In this document: positions 36,488-50,900 of the stretch, one piece after another
Position numbering within the stretch: position 1 is the stretch's first letter
Layout of the letters: each line of letters starts with the position of its first letter
NCBI GenBank assembly: GCA_043228905.1
Contig: JBHGNT010000012.1
Coordinates: 3,658,001 to 3,722,000 of the forward strand
Direction: 5' to 3'
Origin: Azolla caroliniana
Lineage: Eukaryota; Plantae; Polypodiophyta
DNA length: 64,000 nucleotides
Position numbers and translations under genes: made by a program
Notes under the pieces: generated by a model
What the model was told of the DNA's origin: nothing
The model's database searches: none
Seen by the model: the letters and a program-made list of their open reading frames with translations, nothing else

Positions 36488-39400
36488 ACGTGAGCCGCGA
36501 CGTTGTGTTTGATGAGTCCGCTTCCTGGTACTTGCCTCCGACACCGGACCTCACCTCCAATCCGAGTTCTGATGATGAGGACAGCGAGGCCGAGGTGCCT
36601 CCGGCTGAGCCTGAAATCGGGACCCACGAAGAGAGTCTGATTTTGTTTCCGATAAGTGGACCGAATGGACAATTGAGTCGGTACAACCAGTCCGATGAAG
36701 AGCCGACGAGTAGTGGAGACTCGGCCGTGCATTCCCTGCTTAGGAAGCCGAGGAGATGGCTTACATGCAAAGAGAAAGGGAAGAAGAAGGTGTCGGATTC
36801 CGGCATGGATAGGAACAAGTCAGACTGACGCGAGTCCGACTCCGAGGGAAGCGGCGACGAGCCTTCAGGAACAAAGTCCGCATCGCCGAGAAGACCTTGA
36901 CATCGGCTAATGACCGATTACGCCGATCTACCCGCCAAAAGAACCCAGTTGTGCGGTTCAGATACAACAAGTACATGGCGCATCACTATGCGTACATGAC
37001 ACGTGTAGCGGAAGTGCGTGAGCCGGAGAGCTACGTAGAAGCGGCGAAGGATGCGAATTGGCGCGCCGCGATGGAGGAAGAGATGCACGCATTGGTGGAA
37101 AATGAGACCTGGGATCTGGTTGACGCACCGAAGGTGTGAAGCCGATCGGATGTAGGTGGGTGTACAAAGTCAAGTACAACACCGACGGCTCGGTCAACCG
37201 ATACAAGGCCCGGTTAGTGGCAAAAGGCTACGCGCAGAAACACAGCATCAACTACGATGAGACGTTCGCGCCGGTCACAAAGATGACGACCGTCCGTGTT
37301 TTGCTCGCGGTAGCCGCGGCCAAGGGGTGGCACCTACATCAGATGGATGTAAAGAATGCATTCCTGCAAGGTGAGCTTGAGGACCAAGTGTACATGGTAC
37401 AGCCCCCCGGATTTCACTCCGGGACGAAGGACCGATTCTACGATGAGCAGACCCAACCGGCAAGAGACCGGTTAGCACTCGATGAACCGGCCTGTGACGG
37501 TAAGGAAACAAGACAGGCCGAAGAAGAAGGAATAGGTGAAACTGGAACCAGCCAAGACCCCGAATCGGATTCGGATGAAGAGTAAATGGAGGAGCCGGTT
37601 ACGGAAGCCCAAAGACAGAGATATCCTCTCAGAGAGATAAGGGCCCCTCGGAGATTTCCGGATGCAGAGCATGTGTTGCTAACCGATGGGGCGGAGCCAA
37701 AAAGCTTCGAAGAAGCGAAGGATGACACCCACAACCGCAAATGGTTAAGTGTCATGCAGGATGAGATGGATTCCTTGCATGAGAACCATACGTACGAATT
37801 GGTGGAGTTGCCGAAAGGAAAGCGGGCACTCCGAAACAAGTGGGTGTACAAGTTGAAACCGAGAGTTGTACAAAGCCTGGATTGTGGTAAAGGGGTTCCA
37901 ACAGAAGAAGGGTGTGGACTTCGACGAGATATTTGCCCCGGTAGTAAAGATGACCTCCATCCGGACGGTGCTGAGTATAGCGGCAAGCATGGACCTCGAG
38001 GTAGAGCAGTTGGACGTGAAGACGGCATTCCTTCACGGTGACCTCAAAGAGGAGATCTACATGCAGCAACCGGAAGGATTCGTGAAGAAAGGGAAGGAGC
38101 ACCTGGATTGCCGGTTAAAAAAGAGCCTCTACGGGTTGAAGCAGGCCCCTCGGCAGTGGTACTGGAAGTTCAACTCCTTCATGACCGATCAAGGGTACCA
38201 CAAGACGCAGGCCGATCACTGCGTGTTTGTGAAGAAGTTCGAAGGAGGCGACTTCTTGATACTCCTTCTGTACGTGGACGACATGTTTATCGTCGGATGG
38301 GACCAAGCCAAAATACGGATGCCGAAGAAGGCTCTCAACCGGACCTTCTCAATGAAAGACTTGGGTCCGGAAAGACAGATGTTGGGGATGCATATCATCC
38401 GGAACTGACCAACGAAGCAACTGTGGCTATCACAGGAGAAATACGTGACAAAGGTGCTTCAGCGGTTCAACATATTAGAAGTGAAACCGGTCGGATCGAC
38501 ACTCCCGGCAAACTGCAGATTATTCGGTAAGCAAAGCCCGAAGACGAAAGCAAAGAAGGCTGATATGATGAAGGTTCCATATGCCTCTGCTGTCGGGAGC
38601 TTAATGTACGCAATGGTGTGTACTCGACCGGATATAGGATACGCAGTCGGAGTGGTGAGCCGGTTTATGAGCAATCCCGGCAAGGAGCACTGGAACGCGG
38701 TTAAATGGATACTCCGGTACTTGAAGGGCACTTCGAACATGTGTCTCCGATTCGGTTCCAGTAAACCTCAACTTGACGGTTTTACCGATTCGGACATGTC
38801 GGCTGATGTGGATACCAGCCGGTCTACATCCGGGTATGTAATGACATATGCAGGGGGAGCTATTTCGTGGCAGTTGAGGCTGCAGAAGACGGTTGTGTTG
38901 TCAACCACAGAAGTGGAGTACATGGTGGCTGTGGAAGCCGGCAAGGAAATACTATGGATGAAGGACTTCATCGGAGAGCTCGGTATCCGGCAAGATGAAT
39001 ACCGGCTCTATTGCGACAGTCAAAGTGCCATCCACCTTGCTAAGAACGCAGCGTACCACTCCAAGACAAAGCACATCTAGCGTAGGTATCACTGGATCCG
39101 GGAAAGATTAGATGACCAAGAGTTTGCGCTGACGAAGATCCACACGGCCGAGAACGGGTCAGATATGCTGACCAAAGTACTGATACCCGACAAGCTGGAT
39201 GCATGCCGGAAGCGGATCGGACTAGTAAGATATCCCATGCCGGAGTGAAGGGGGAGTTTGTTAGGAAACAGGTCCCTCCGGATGGGAAGTGAGAAGAACA
39301 GTACTGATGAGCACCGGATGTGGAGTACCCGGCAACGGAAGACCCGGTGAGAATTGGATGTTGCAAACCCGGTGTGAACTGGATGTGGAGTACCCGGCTA

Positions 39401-41150
39401 CGGAAGACCCGGTGAGAACTGGATGACGAGTACCCGGCTACGGAAGACCCGGTAAGAGCCGGATGGTGAAGGCCCGGTGAGAAGTACTCACCGGATGAAG
39501 GGACATATTCGTAAATATGTTTTCTGAGAGTCCATCGTGGCTATATTTGTAAATAGCCGAAAAGTCATATTAGTATAAATATGACTTAGGGCAAACTTAA
39601 TTTGTTGTTGTCATTCTTGTTGGTGCAAGATCATAGCGTTGTTCATCGGGAGCGTGTAGCTCTTGTCAATGAGTAGGATGTGGACAAGGAGACAAGGCTA
39701 AAGTATTTTTGTCGGGTGGTGGCGGTGTCAATACATAAAGAGGTTAGAGAGCTTCAAGAAGCTCACGAGTCATGGGTGTCCTTCCAAGAGGCTCTCTATT
39801 AGAGGTATACGGTTATGAAAAACCGAAGGGACGAGGTCAGTGCGAGTTCAACCACTGGGTAGCATCGGCGAAGGCCCATCAAAGCCCAAGGCAAGTATTC
39901 CTAGAGTTCTCGCGTTGTTTTGCTCAACTCTCGGAGCGAGATCAATGATTGGTGGGGGTGAAATTGATCGATTGGAAGGAAAGGGAGGCGATTGGGGTCC
40001 AACTCGAGGATGACGACCGTGCGAACGGACTCATGGAGGATTGGGCCTAACTGAGAAGACTGTGTTGACGACATGATAAGGAGGGAGCGGGAATCTTGTC
40101 AGCAACAACATGGCCTAGGAGGGATGGTCAAAGGGGAACAGAATGTGACGACATGCTACTGCCTAAGGAAGACAACTTGAGGCGGAAGGGTTCGATGCTA
40201 CACGACATGGAAGCCTTGGTAAGAGAGGCATACGAGAGCTTGCAGTTGCAAGTCGAGGCCGAAGGGAAAATTCCAACGCAACCGAAACCGAGACAAATGG
40301 TGGATGAGGAGAAAGTCGTGTCTCAACGATTTCGGGTGAACAGTTTCGGACCTTAGGCACTTGATCTTACAGCTTGTCTCCTGTTTGGCAAGGCTTTTAA
40401 CCTTCAAGAAGCAGGAGAAGAATTCAATTTTCTTCTCGATCAAGCACACCCAAGTGTGTTGAGTGCAGTCATCGATAAAGGTTACAAAGTAATGACTTCC
40501 ACCAATATTCACGTTCTGCATTGATCCCCATACATTTGAATGGATTAAATCGAGCTTGTTTAAGCTATGATTTCTTTCACTTGGGGACGGACATTGGTGA
40601 TGCTTGCCTAATTGGCAGGCTTCGCAGACTTGGCCCTTTCAGCCATTGAATCTCGGCAAGCCCAAAACGATGTTTTTCGTTTGCATCTCCCGAAGCCGCG
40701 GGAAGTTGACATGGCCAAACCGCTTGTGCCATAAGTCGATGTCTGATTCGACTTTTAGCCCCTTGGCGAACATAGCGATGCCTACGTCATTTGTTTCGAG
40801 GATGAACATCCTCCCTTCCTGGTGCCCTTGCGCGATGATCTTGCCTTCTTCTTTTATGAAGCACCCGAGATGAGTAAATCGAACTTGCATGCCCTGATCA
40901 ACAATCTTTCTAACCAACACCAAGTTCTTGGTGATTGTCGGCACATGCAACAAATTCCTCATGATTCCCTTCTGGCTGACATGGGTTAGAGGGACATCTT
41001 TGATGTGTTCGATGGGGTGAGGGGTATCATCTCGGGTGCTGCATCGCTAGCTCCTTCGACATAACTCCAGTAACCATGCCCAAGCAGGTATTGGTGCATC
41101 TTGTACGAACAAGATGTGTAGTTGCTCCTATCGAGCTTTTCGGTCGGAAG

Positions 41151-42405
41151 TGTTACCGATTAGGGTTACATGGTGCCTAACCCTTATTCCTTTGGGGTTG
41201 GCTCAAGGTGATTATGGTTCAGGGATAAATACATACATCATGACCGTGGTATAGATGGCTATGTACTGATCTCGTACATGCTAAACTAATTGTGAAGACT
41301 GTGGAGATTAGGAGGATGGCTACAACCGACTCCTTCCACAATAGCGCGCCCCTGCGTATGAGACTTGACACAAAAAGGAACTCAACACGAACAGAGATAA
41401 GAATTACGAGAACACACAATGTCTAGCCACCTTGAGGCGGTTGATAAACCAAACCGCCTCATGCAGGTGGTTTATTTTATATTTTATATTTATTTTATCT
41501 ATTTATTTTATTTATAAATTCTACAAATTCATTTTTGTAGTTGTACATTTGAGAAATTACAAAATTAGGCCTTATTTAATTTCGACTCCCCCTTTTGACA
41601 TAATTACATTTGTGTCCCGAGTTACATTAATCCTTTTGAAGCTTGTATCTTGGGCTTTTGAACTCCGATTCTTGAATCGAAAATTCCTACATGCTCCTCG
41701 TCATAAGCTCCAGACAGGAAATGTCTATAGATTTTTTACATTGTTTTGACATCGTGAGGCAACAACTTCACAACATCGTACCATTGACGTTTATTCTGTG
41801 CAACCTCCTGTAGTGTCGCGATGATCCCATCAACACGACTAACTTCTTCCCTTTTCTCTGAGTTCTTTGGTCGTCTTTGTGTGCGCCGCGATTTCGGCAT
41901 CCAATTTTTCTTGGATCGTTTTTACGGTGTTGTGAAAATTTTCGGCAACAGTGTGAAAATCGCATGCAATCGAGAAGTTGTAATGTGCACATGAATGAAA
42001 GGGGTGATGGTTAAACTCATACGTTAGCATGTTGTAAATATAAATGTAATGAGAACACCTAAAGCCTATTTTCATTTTCAAACATACGAAGGGGTGCATG
42101 TATTGAACCTTGCACCTCTAAGATAGAAGACAACTGACTTACCATTAGGCTAAGTTATTTCTTTAGTTTATCATTGTGTTTTTCATATATGAATGCTCAT
42201 ACATGAGAGCTTGGATGAGGTACGTGGTCATCATGCATCACATGTGATGCATGAGCGCCAAATGGCAATCATGCATCACATGCATTTCATGCATTGTATG
42301 CACATCTTACACCCTCAAATGCACATATGGATGGGGGCATCTATGTAAGTGGGAATCAATCAATGAATCAAACAAGCTATGGATTAAATCAAGATATTTT
42401 AATAA
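41151..42405. other. Unresolved repeat-derived block
   Basis: LTR-like TGTTAC start interrupting the gag of A, a coiled-coil-like coding remnant on the minus strand (41600-41990), and a segment similar to the W5 LTR at 42100-42190. Confidence 0.4.
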
Positions 42406-45400
42406 TGTTGAGTGATAAGCTCAACATTGGGTGCGTAATATGGTGCGTAACCCAATGCGTAGATTGGGTGCGTAAAACAGTACGCATAATGTGGCCGTAT
42501 CGGTGCGTAAACCAAAAGGCCGTTAGTATGGTATTTTCCTCGTAAGGAATAATTTTGGGAGTTAGTGTAGTAGGCTCATTTATGAGCAGTCAAGTACTGT
42601 TAGTACTTGTGTTAGCTCGATAGTTAGGGCTTGTATAAAAGGTGCTCACTAAGCACGAAGAATGTACAAAGCGTCATTATTTTGAAATAGAATTGAGTTG
42701 TCTGCTCTCTCTTTGTCTCTCCATCTCTGTGTTTTTTGCGTTTACCGAATTGTCTTATTTCTGAACTATGTACTCTGTGTTTACGCACACGCATTCCTTC
42801 ACATGGTATTAGAGCATGAGGGTTGAAGTCCTTTGCAGCCGACAAGAAAATCTTGCGACAAAACAGAGTTGAAGTTGTTCTTCATTTTCTTTTGGAAAAG
42901 AAAATAGACAACAATATGGACAGAGGTATGGGAAGCTCTCTACCGACTGAAAAGCTCGACAGGAGCAACTACGCATCTTGGTCATACAAGATGCACTAGT
43001 ACCTGCTCGGTCACGGCTATTGGAGTTATGTCGAAGGAGCTAATGATGTAGCACCTGATTCGACACACAAAGATTTTTCGGTTTGGGAACAAGTGGCAAG
43101 CTACTTTGCATCCTGTGTGAGTGACCAGCTATTGAGCTATATTCGGGATGCTAAGATGCCAAAGGACACATGGGCGAATCTCAAAAAGATTTTCGCCGCA
43201 AGCACAACGACCAGGAAGTTGCAGCTCAGGTAGGAGCTCAGCAATGTCCGGCAAAAAGATCCGTCTGTGGCTGATTACACGGTCCAAATCAAGGAAATCT
43301 GCGATTCTCTCACCTTCGTCAACGTGAACCTTGAGGAAGATGAAACGGTGCAGGTTTGCCTTGGTGGGCTAGTGTCCAGGTTCGGAGCCTTCCAAACGGC
43401 GGTTTGTACGAGGGAGAATAGGTCTTCGTTCTTCGAGCTTCAGTCAATGTTGCTCGTGGAGGAAAATCACACGGGTGCGTCAACGAGTACGCACGCCGAC
43501 GACAAGATGCTATACACGGAGGAAGATAGGCCCTGTGGTCGTGGTGGACGAGGCGGGTCGACGCGCAATGGAGGCAGCCGACAAGAGCAGAACAGGCGGC
43601 ATAATCAAAATGCCGACAACAATTCTGGACCCTCCACAAGTAGGGGGAGTCATGGCGGCACCGGAAGCCAGCAAGAGAAGGCCGCGTCAGAATGCTGGTA
43701 CTGTGGCAAGAAAGGCCACAAGGAGAGCGAGTGCTGGAAAAAGAGAGCCAATTCAGACAAAGCCGGATCGAGCCGAAGAGACGTAGAGAGGCGTCCGAGA
43801 TCGCACTATGCAAAAGTCTCTGAATGAGTCGAAAACAAATTGGCCCCAACCTTCGTAATGAAGCATAAGGCCAATTCTATGGCCGTGAACACCTCGAAAT
43901 CAAGCGAGGTGTGGTATGTTGATTACAGAGCGTGAAATCATATGACGAGTCACGAGGAATGGTTCTCATACTTGGAGAAACTGGAATCGCAAGGAGTGGT
44001 CGAAACGGGAGATCACACTCCGCATACCATCGAACATGTCGGCGAAGTTCCCCTTAGCCACGTCGGGCAGAAAGGGAAACTCATGAACGTGTTGCACGTC
44101 CCGACAATAACGAAGAACCTGGTGTCGGTCGGTCAAATCGTCGACCAGGGAATGCAAGTTCGATTCACGCATCTCGGTTGCTTCATAGAAGAGGAAGGCA
44201 AAGTAATCGCGAAAGGGCGCCATGAAGGGAGGATGTTTATCCTCGACACTAATCATGTCGTAACCGCATTGTACGCGAAAGGACAAAAGTTCAAATCGGA
44301 TATCGACCTGTGGCACAAGCAGTTTGGCCATGTAAATTTCCCACGGCTTCGTGAGATGCACACGAAGAACATTGTTTTCGGTTGCCGAAATTCCGGGGCC
44401 GTAATGGCCAAGTCTGCGAAGCCTGTCAGATGGGAAAACAACACCGACTTCCATTCCCAAATGAGCGTAATTGTAGTCGAAGTCCGATGGATTTGATCCA
44501 TTTGGATGTGTGGGGACCAGCACAGAACGTGAGTCTCAGTGGAAGCCGTTACTTTGTAACCTTCATCGACGACTTCACTCGGCACACATGGGCATGCACG
44601 ATCGCGAAGAAGAGCGAAGTCTTCGCATGTTTCCTGACGATGAAGAGCCTTGCGGAAAGGGAAACAGGGCATAAGATCAAATGCTTATGGTCTGATGGCG
44701 GGAAGGAGTACTTCTCCGACCAGTTCACAAGTTATCTACAAAAGGAGGGAATTCGACATGAGTTCTCGTGTAGATACACGCTGCATTAGAACGGGGTGGC
44801 CGAGCGGAAGAATCGGACAATCGAAGAAGTGGCCACGACATTGCTTGAAGAGAAGCATATGCCGAAATTCTATTGGGCTGAAGCCGTGAGGACGGTTGTC
44901 TACCTACAGAATCAAACTTCTGCTAATGGAGGAGTGTCACCACATGAGTTGTATTTTGGGAAGAAGCTGAACTTGGCACACTTGACGATTTTCGGTAGCA
45001 TTGCATATGTGCATGTGCCGAAGGAAAAGAGGAGGAAGTTGAACGCCAAAGTCAAAAAGTGCATATTAGTTGGCTATCCAGACGAGCAGAAGGGGTATAA
45101 ATGTTATAACCCTCGAACATAGGGAAGTACGCGTACTAAGTGGAGATGTCGTGTTCGACGAATCTGCTTCGTGGTACCTGCCTTCACCTCCAATACCTCA
45201 CGACTCCATTCCGAATTCTGAGGAAGAAGTCAGCGAGGTTGAGATGCCTATGCATGATGAGGAAATCGAAGCTCTGAGAGAGAGTCCGATCTCATTTCTG
45301 CTAAGTGGGCCGAATGAAGGGTTCAACCGAAATGACCAACCTATTAATGAGACGGCGAGTAGTGGAGACTCGGCCGTGATATCCCGGCGTAAAGAACTGA

Positions 45401-47189
45401 GGAGACGGTTTACACGTAAAGAGAAGGGCAAGAAGAAAATGCCGGAATACGACTTCTCAGATCGGAGCAAGTTTGACTACGGGCAAACTGAGAAGGAACC
45501 TCCATGGAAGAGGCCGACAGTAGCCGAAAAGGTTGTGAAATCGGGTAATCACGAATTACGCCGATCTACCTGCCTCAAGACCCCCGTAAAGAGATACGGG
45601 TATAATGAGTACATGGTGCACCATTACGCGCTCCATCGCGGCACGCCAGATCGCGTCTTTCGCCGCTTCTGCGTAGCTCTCCGACTCACGCACTTTCGCC
45701 ACTCGCGGAAGAGATGTGCGCTTTGACTAATAAGTAGACTTGGGACCTGGTTGATGCACCGAAGGGTGTAAAGCTGATCAGATGTAGGTGGGTGTATAAA
45801 GTGAAATACAATATCGACGGCTTAGTCAATCGAAACAAGGCATGCTTAGTAGTGAAAGGCTACGCACAGAAGCATGGCGTGGACTACGATGAGACCTTCG
45901 CGCTTGTCGCGAAGATGACTACCGTGCGTGTTCAACTAGCTGTAGCTGCGACAAAGGGGTGACACTTACATCAGATGGATGTAAAGAACGCGTTCCAGCA
46001 ATGTGATCTTGAGGAACAGGTGTACATGGTACACCCCCCTAAATTTCTATCTGAACAAAACACCTCGGCAATTTGCGGACTGAAGAAGTCACTCTACGGA
46101 CTTAAGCAAGCCTCGCGAGCCTGGAACGCGAAGATTACGCAATAGTTGCGTAGGATGGGGTTTACGACGTCGAAATCAGACTCTTCACTATTTGTTCGAC
46201 AAGGTCAATATGGGCTGGTAAGTCTTCCACTTTATGTTGATGATTTAGTCATCACCGGTGCAAACTTGGACGAAATCCACCGCATAAAGTCTTAGCTTGC
46301 AGCATCATTCAACATGAAGGATCTTGGAGACCTTCATTACTTCCTCGAGATCGAAGTGATCCACAACCCCGAGGGCATATTGATCAGTCACCGTCATTAC
46401 GCGCTGAATATGCTCTTCAAGTTCGGGATGGCAAATTGTAAGCCCATCTTGACCCCTCTGGACAGAAACGTAAAGCTTCAACGAGATTTGGGAAAGGTGT
46501 GCAACCCGACACGGTTTCGACAAATTGTCGGAAGCCTTATTTATTTGATGATTACTCGGCCAGATCTCAACTACCCGATTGGCTTAATTAGTCAATTTAT
46601 GTCGCAGCCTACGGCCGAACACTTTCAGTGCGCGCAAAGGATATTGTGATATGTCAGTGGCACAAAAGACACGGTGTTGCTATATCGAGCAAGCGTAGCC
46701 GAACAACTAGTCGGCTACATGGATGCCGATTGGGCCGGAAACGCCCACAATCGTAGATCCATATCCGGATACACATTCTCTCTAGGAAGTGCGGTGATTG
46801 CGTGGAGTAGTAAGAAGCAACCGACAGTAGCACTGTCGAGCATGGAGGTCGAGTATCGACGGGCGACTGTCGCTACGTGCAAAGTCATTTGGCTAAAACG
46901 GCTATTACGGGATCTACATGTAGAGGTGTCTGATCCGACGACGATCTTTTGTGACAACCTCAGCAATATCCACCTTGCGAAAATCCCCGTGTTCCACTCC
47001 CGGACCAAGCACATTGAGGTGCATTACCATTTTGTTCGCGAGAGGGTCCTTTCAGGTGAAGTCGAATTGGTGCATGTTCCGATTGATCAGCAAGTTGCTA
47101 ACATCTTCACCAAGCCTCTTGGTCTCGACAAGTTATGACATTTCTCGGGTGAGCTTGGGTTGCATCACCTCGACATGCCGAACTTGAGG
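42406..47189 (+). mobile_element. Element F: degenerate Ty1/copia of the A/E family, lacking its 3' LTR
   Basis: LTR 42406-42803, PBS 42804-42815, all pol domains present with many stops, ending LDMPNLR. Confidence 0.92.
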
Positions 47190-47884
47190 TATGTTCCTTT
47201 AGCCTCCGGACCACCTCCACGGCTTCCCCAATCCCTTCGTCGTGACTCAAGGCTCCGCACATCTTTAAGCGTATCTCGGCCCGCTTTCTTTCTCGACCAT
47301 TGATGCTGGCTATGGTACATCCCTCGTTGTTGGAGAATAAAACCTTCCTTCCTAGTTTACAGATGTGGGGAATTTTCCAGCTATCCGGACTATCGTGGCC
47401 CCACGCCTTGATAGCCCTTTCTAAAAATCCGCCTTGTTATTTCTGAGGGTGTCCCTGTTCCACTCATGATTCTTCCGAATGGTCAAAAATTGGACGAAAT
47501 GACGGCTGACCGTACTCTTTACCCTTGCATAGGCTGAACATTGTCCAGTACTTTCGTTTCCATTCTAGCCGCCATGATGTATGGTTCGCCTAGAATGACC
47601 AGATGGGAGGACGTCTCTTGCACGAAAAAGTGTTGGTTTATATCGACGTCTCCGACGCTCACCCTGACGTTCGGGCAAGCTCCGTGTAGTTCTTCTGTGG
47701 CTCTTGTAGTTGCACATATCTTCCACCCGTGTTTGGTGTTGATCGGCCAATTCCCCTTTTTGTAGAAGTCCATGGACATCATGTGTCAGGAACAGTACGA
47801 AGACAGAGAAGGAATTAGTACTAAAAGAAGTATTAGTACTAAGAGAGGTGAAGAACTCTCGAGAGAAGCAAAGAGTGAGTGAGT

Positions 47885-47926
<42 letters not shown>

Positions 47927-50900
47927 TGATAAGAAGAGATATATATTATATGAAGAAAATGTACAATAGCTAGGAGGCTTAAGACTGGCGTTGAACCGAT
48001 TTGGTTCGAAATAATGCCTTGTGCCTCCTTTTATAGTGTTCTACGAAATACTCCTAAAGTTTCTAGAATGTTCCAGAGAAATCTGGAATATACATCAATT
48101 TTCTATAATAAAACATAAATGAAAATAATATTTTATGTATTACAATGTATAGTCTAATGGTCAAGAGCTCGACCCATGTAGCATAAGGTCATGGGTTCGA
48201 GTCTTGCCATATCATGACACTATCCCCCCTTTAAAACGACGAGTGTAACGAGTCGTTTTGGATTGAGGACCCGGTTTGTCTGGATATTGACAATGGAAGT
48301 CTTCAAGAAGAGCACGAGCATTGGTGACATTCTCTATCGGTTCCCAAGTACGCTCGTTGGGACTATATCCTAGCCAATCGACTAGATAGTAGAGCTTGTT
48401 GCGAACAAGCTTGGAATCAAGGATGGCGGCAACCTCGTACTCGGGTCCATCTTCAAGCTCGATCGGAGGTGGAGGCTGTGTAATACGTCCTGGGATGGTG
48501 CTCTCTTGATAGGGTTCAAGGAGAGAACTATGAAACACCGGATGTATCCGAAGTTGTGGAGGTAGATCAAGACGAAAAGCGACATCATTAATCTTTCCTA
48601 TAATACGGAAGGGGCCTAATCGCCGATAATCCAACTTCTCGCATGGGCGAGTAGTCTTGATGTGTCGTCGGAGTAGCCATACCCGATCTCCAATGTTAAA
48701 ACTAGATGGGAGTCGATGACAATCCGCATAAACCTTGTGTGTTTCTTGAGCTTGTTGGAATGAGTAGATAAATCCGCTTATATCTTGCGTAACCTCTCCA
48801 AACAATCCTCTGCGCAAGGATTTGTGCACACCTCTGGGGTTTCAAGTACACACCACCGGGGGTGACATCCCGTATAAGCATAAAATGGCGTAACTTTAGT
48901 GGATGCGTGGATAGAGTTGTTATAGGCAAATTCGGCAAAGTGGAGAATATATGCCCAGTTATCCTGATGATAGCTAAGAAAGCACCGCAGATGCTGCTCC
49001 AGCGTTTGATTGGTTCATTCGGCTTGGCCGTCGGTTTGTGGGTGGTAGCCAGAGGAGAGGTTACAAGTGACCTTGAGCATGTTAAAAAGGTGCTTCCAGA
49101 ATTTTGACACGAACTGGCGTCACGGTCACTAATGATACTATCGGGAAGTCCATGATGCCGACATACTTCACGCATGACAATTTCGGCAGTGTCTTCACTG
49201 GAGATCTCCTTAGTACATGGCAAGAAAAGAGCCAACTTCGTATATCGATCGACCACCGTTAGAATCGCATTGAACCCCTTAGAGACTGGAAGATCTGTGA
49301 TAAAGTCTAGAGCAATGGATTGCCACAGCTTGCTTCGAATTGGTAATGGTTCTAATAAACCATATGGATGATGCCTTGGCATTTTCGCTCTGCAGCATGT
49401 ATCACAAGTCCGAACAAAATCGTCGACAAATTGTCGCATACAGGGCCACCAGAATGATCGTTGTACTAAATGTAGCATTTTAGTACTACCAAAATGCCCA
49501 GCTGTATATGTGTCATGACAGTTTTGTACTACTTGAAGGCGGCAAGAACCATTAGGAACATACAAAAGTTCTTTAAAGAAGAGTAATCCATCATGGTATT
49601 TGAATTACCAATAGTTCGTACCTAGTGGTTGCGACTATGAACACGACACTCGAGAGGGATCAATTTGTGCTAGTATAGCTTGGGCGAATGCATCTGTCTT
49701 CAAGTCTTCGCGTATGGTATCGATAACGCGGGAATCCATGGGCATGTCAAAGATCTGTGTTGCTTGTAGTCGTGCTGGTCCCAAGATGACTTGTTTTTGG
49801 TTATCGAAAGCTGGCTCGCCGGGACGGGGTGCTAGATATGAACGCCGTGATAATGCATCTGCCTTCCCTTGGTGCTTCCCCGGACGATATGTAATTTTGA
49901 AGTCGAAACGCGTGAAGAAGTGGGCCCACCGAGCTTGACGTCAATTCAACACACGAGCATCCTGAAAGTAGGCAAGGTTCTTGTGGTCACTAAATACGAT
50001 GACCGGATGAGAGGATCCCTCCAGAAAATGCCTCCATTGCATAAAAGAATCCACTATTGCCAATAGCTCCTTATCATGAATTTCGTAGTTGATTTCAGTG
50101 GCGTCAAACTTGCGTGAGTGGAAAGCCACAGGATGTAGCTTCTCATCATTCCCCTATTGTGACAAAATGCTTCCCAATGCAAAATCCGATGCATCAGCTT
50201 CGATAATGAATGGTTTTTCCGGATCGACATGAGCTAGAATTGGAGCCAATGTAAATGCCTTTTTAAGACTCTCGAAAGCCATGTCCATTTCTTCAGACCA
50301 AATGAACGGTTGTCCCTTCCTAGTAAGTTGTGTGAGAGGTAGAACGATCTTTGAGTAATCTTGTATGAACTTCCGGTAAAAATTGGCAAAGCCTAGGAAG
50401 CATTGCACATCCCGCACCGAATGCAGAGTCTGCCATTCTACCACCGTTTTGACCTTAGCTGGGTCCATGGAGATGCCTTCTGACGAAATGATGTAGCCGA
50501 GAAATTCCACTTCGTTGCACCCGAAACTACATTTTTCCAACTTTGCATACAGACCATGTTCTCGAAGTCGCTTTAGTACTAATAGTACATGAGAATCATG
50601 TTCTTCTTGGGTCTTTGAATAAACCAGTAGATCATCCAAATAGATCTCGGAATATATCATTAGCCATGTGCTGGAAGACTGTCGGCGCATTAGTGAGGCT
50701 GAACGGCATGACCGTATACTCAAAGTGCCCATATCTGGTGCGAAACGCGGTCTTCCATTCGTCTCCTGGTTGGATCCGTACGAGGTTATATGCTCCCCGT
50801 AAGTCGATCTTCGTGAAGAACCTGGCACCATTGATCCGTTCTAAAATACTTGAGATAAGGGGAAGAGCATACCTATTTCTGATTGTAACCTTATTCAGGC

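Larger units (their letters stand above)
30279..37420 (+). mobile_element. Element E: Ty1/copia of the A/F family, 3'-truncated
   Basis: LTR 30279-30692, PBS TGGTATTAGAGC. Gag from about 30775, with GAG-PR-IN open from 30988 to 33002. Resumes VSRDVVFDE at 36488. RT ends at [11 protein letters not shown] near 37420. Confidence 0.9.
22171..39668 (+). mobile_element. Element D: Tnt1/Tork-like Ty1/copia, disrupted
   Basis: LTRs 22171-22555 and 39259-39668, TSD ATGAC/ATGAG, Met PBS 22559-22570. Gag from 22586, PR and IN to 26266, RT-RH 37586-39230, PPT 39247-39256. Confidence 0.92.
20435..40341 (+). mobile_element. W2: circularly permuted Trp-primed element (3' internal, PPT, one LTR, PBS, gag), split by copia D
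   Basis: PPT about 20579-20594, LTR 20595-21952, PBS 21958-21975. Gag-like frame YNAEMMT| at 22170 resumes at 39669 (DVDKETRLKYFCRVV) and runs to about 40341. Confidence 0.85.
3654..41150 (-). mobile_element. Ty1/copia element A, the fragmented host of most of the nest (pieces 3654-5830, 10279-10860, 20383-20434, 40342-41150)
   Basis: Truncated 3' LTR 3654-3856 and PPT 3857-3866. RNase H (GYTDVDWAG...WSSKKQ) at 5102-5554. RT pieces rejoin across TSDs (ISQCHY|VLNMLF; VKYNVDGS|VN). Integrase and GAG-pre-integrase at 40342-40962. Gag N-terminus (LPTEKLDRSNY) at 41040-41150. Joining the 40342-41150 piece to A is inferred from strand, family and colinearity. Confidence 0.8.

Noticed and set aside
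48145-48212. Functional tRNA gene
   Set aside because: A/B boxes are present but there is no convincing acceptor or anticodon stem; reported only as a tRNA-like motif.
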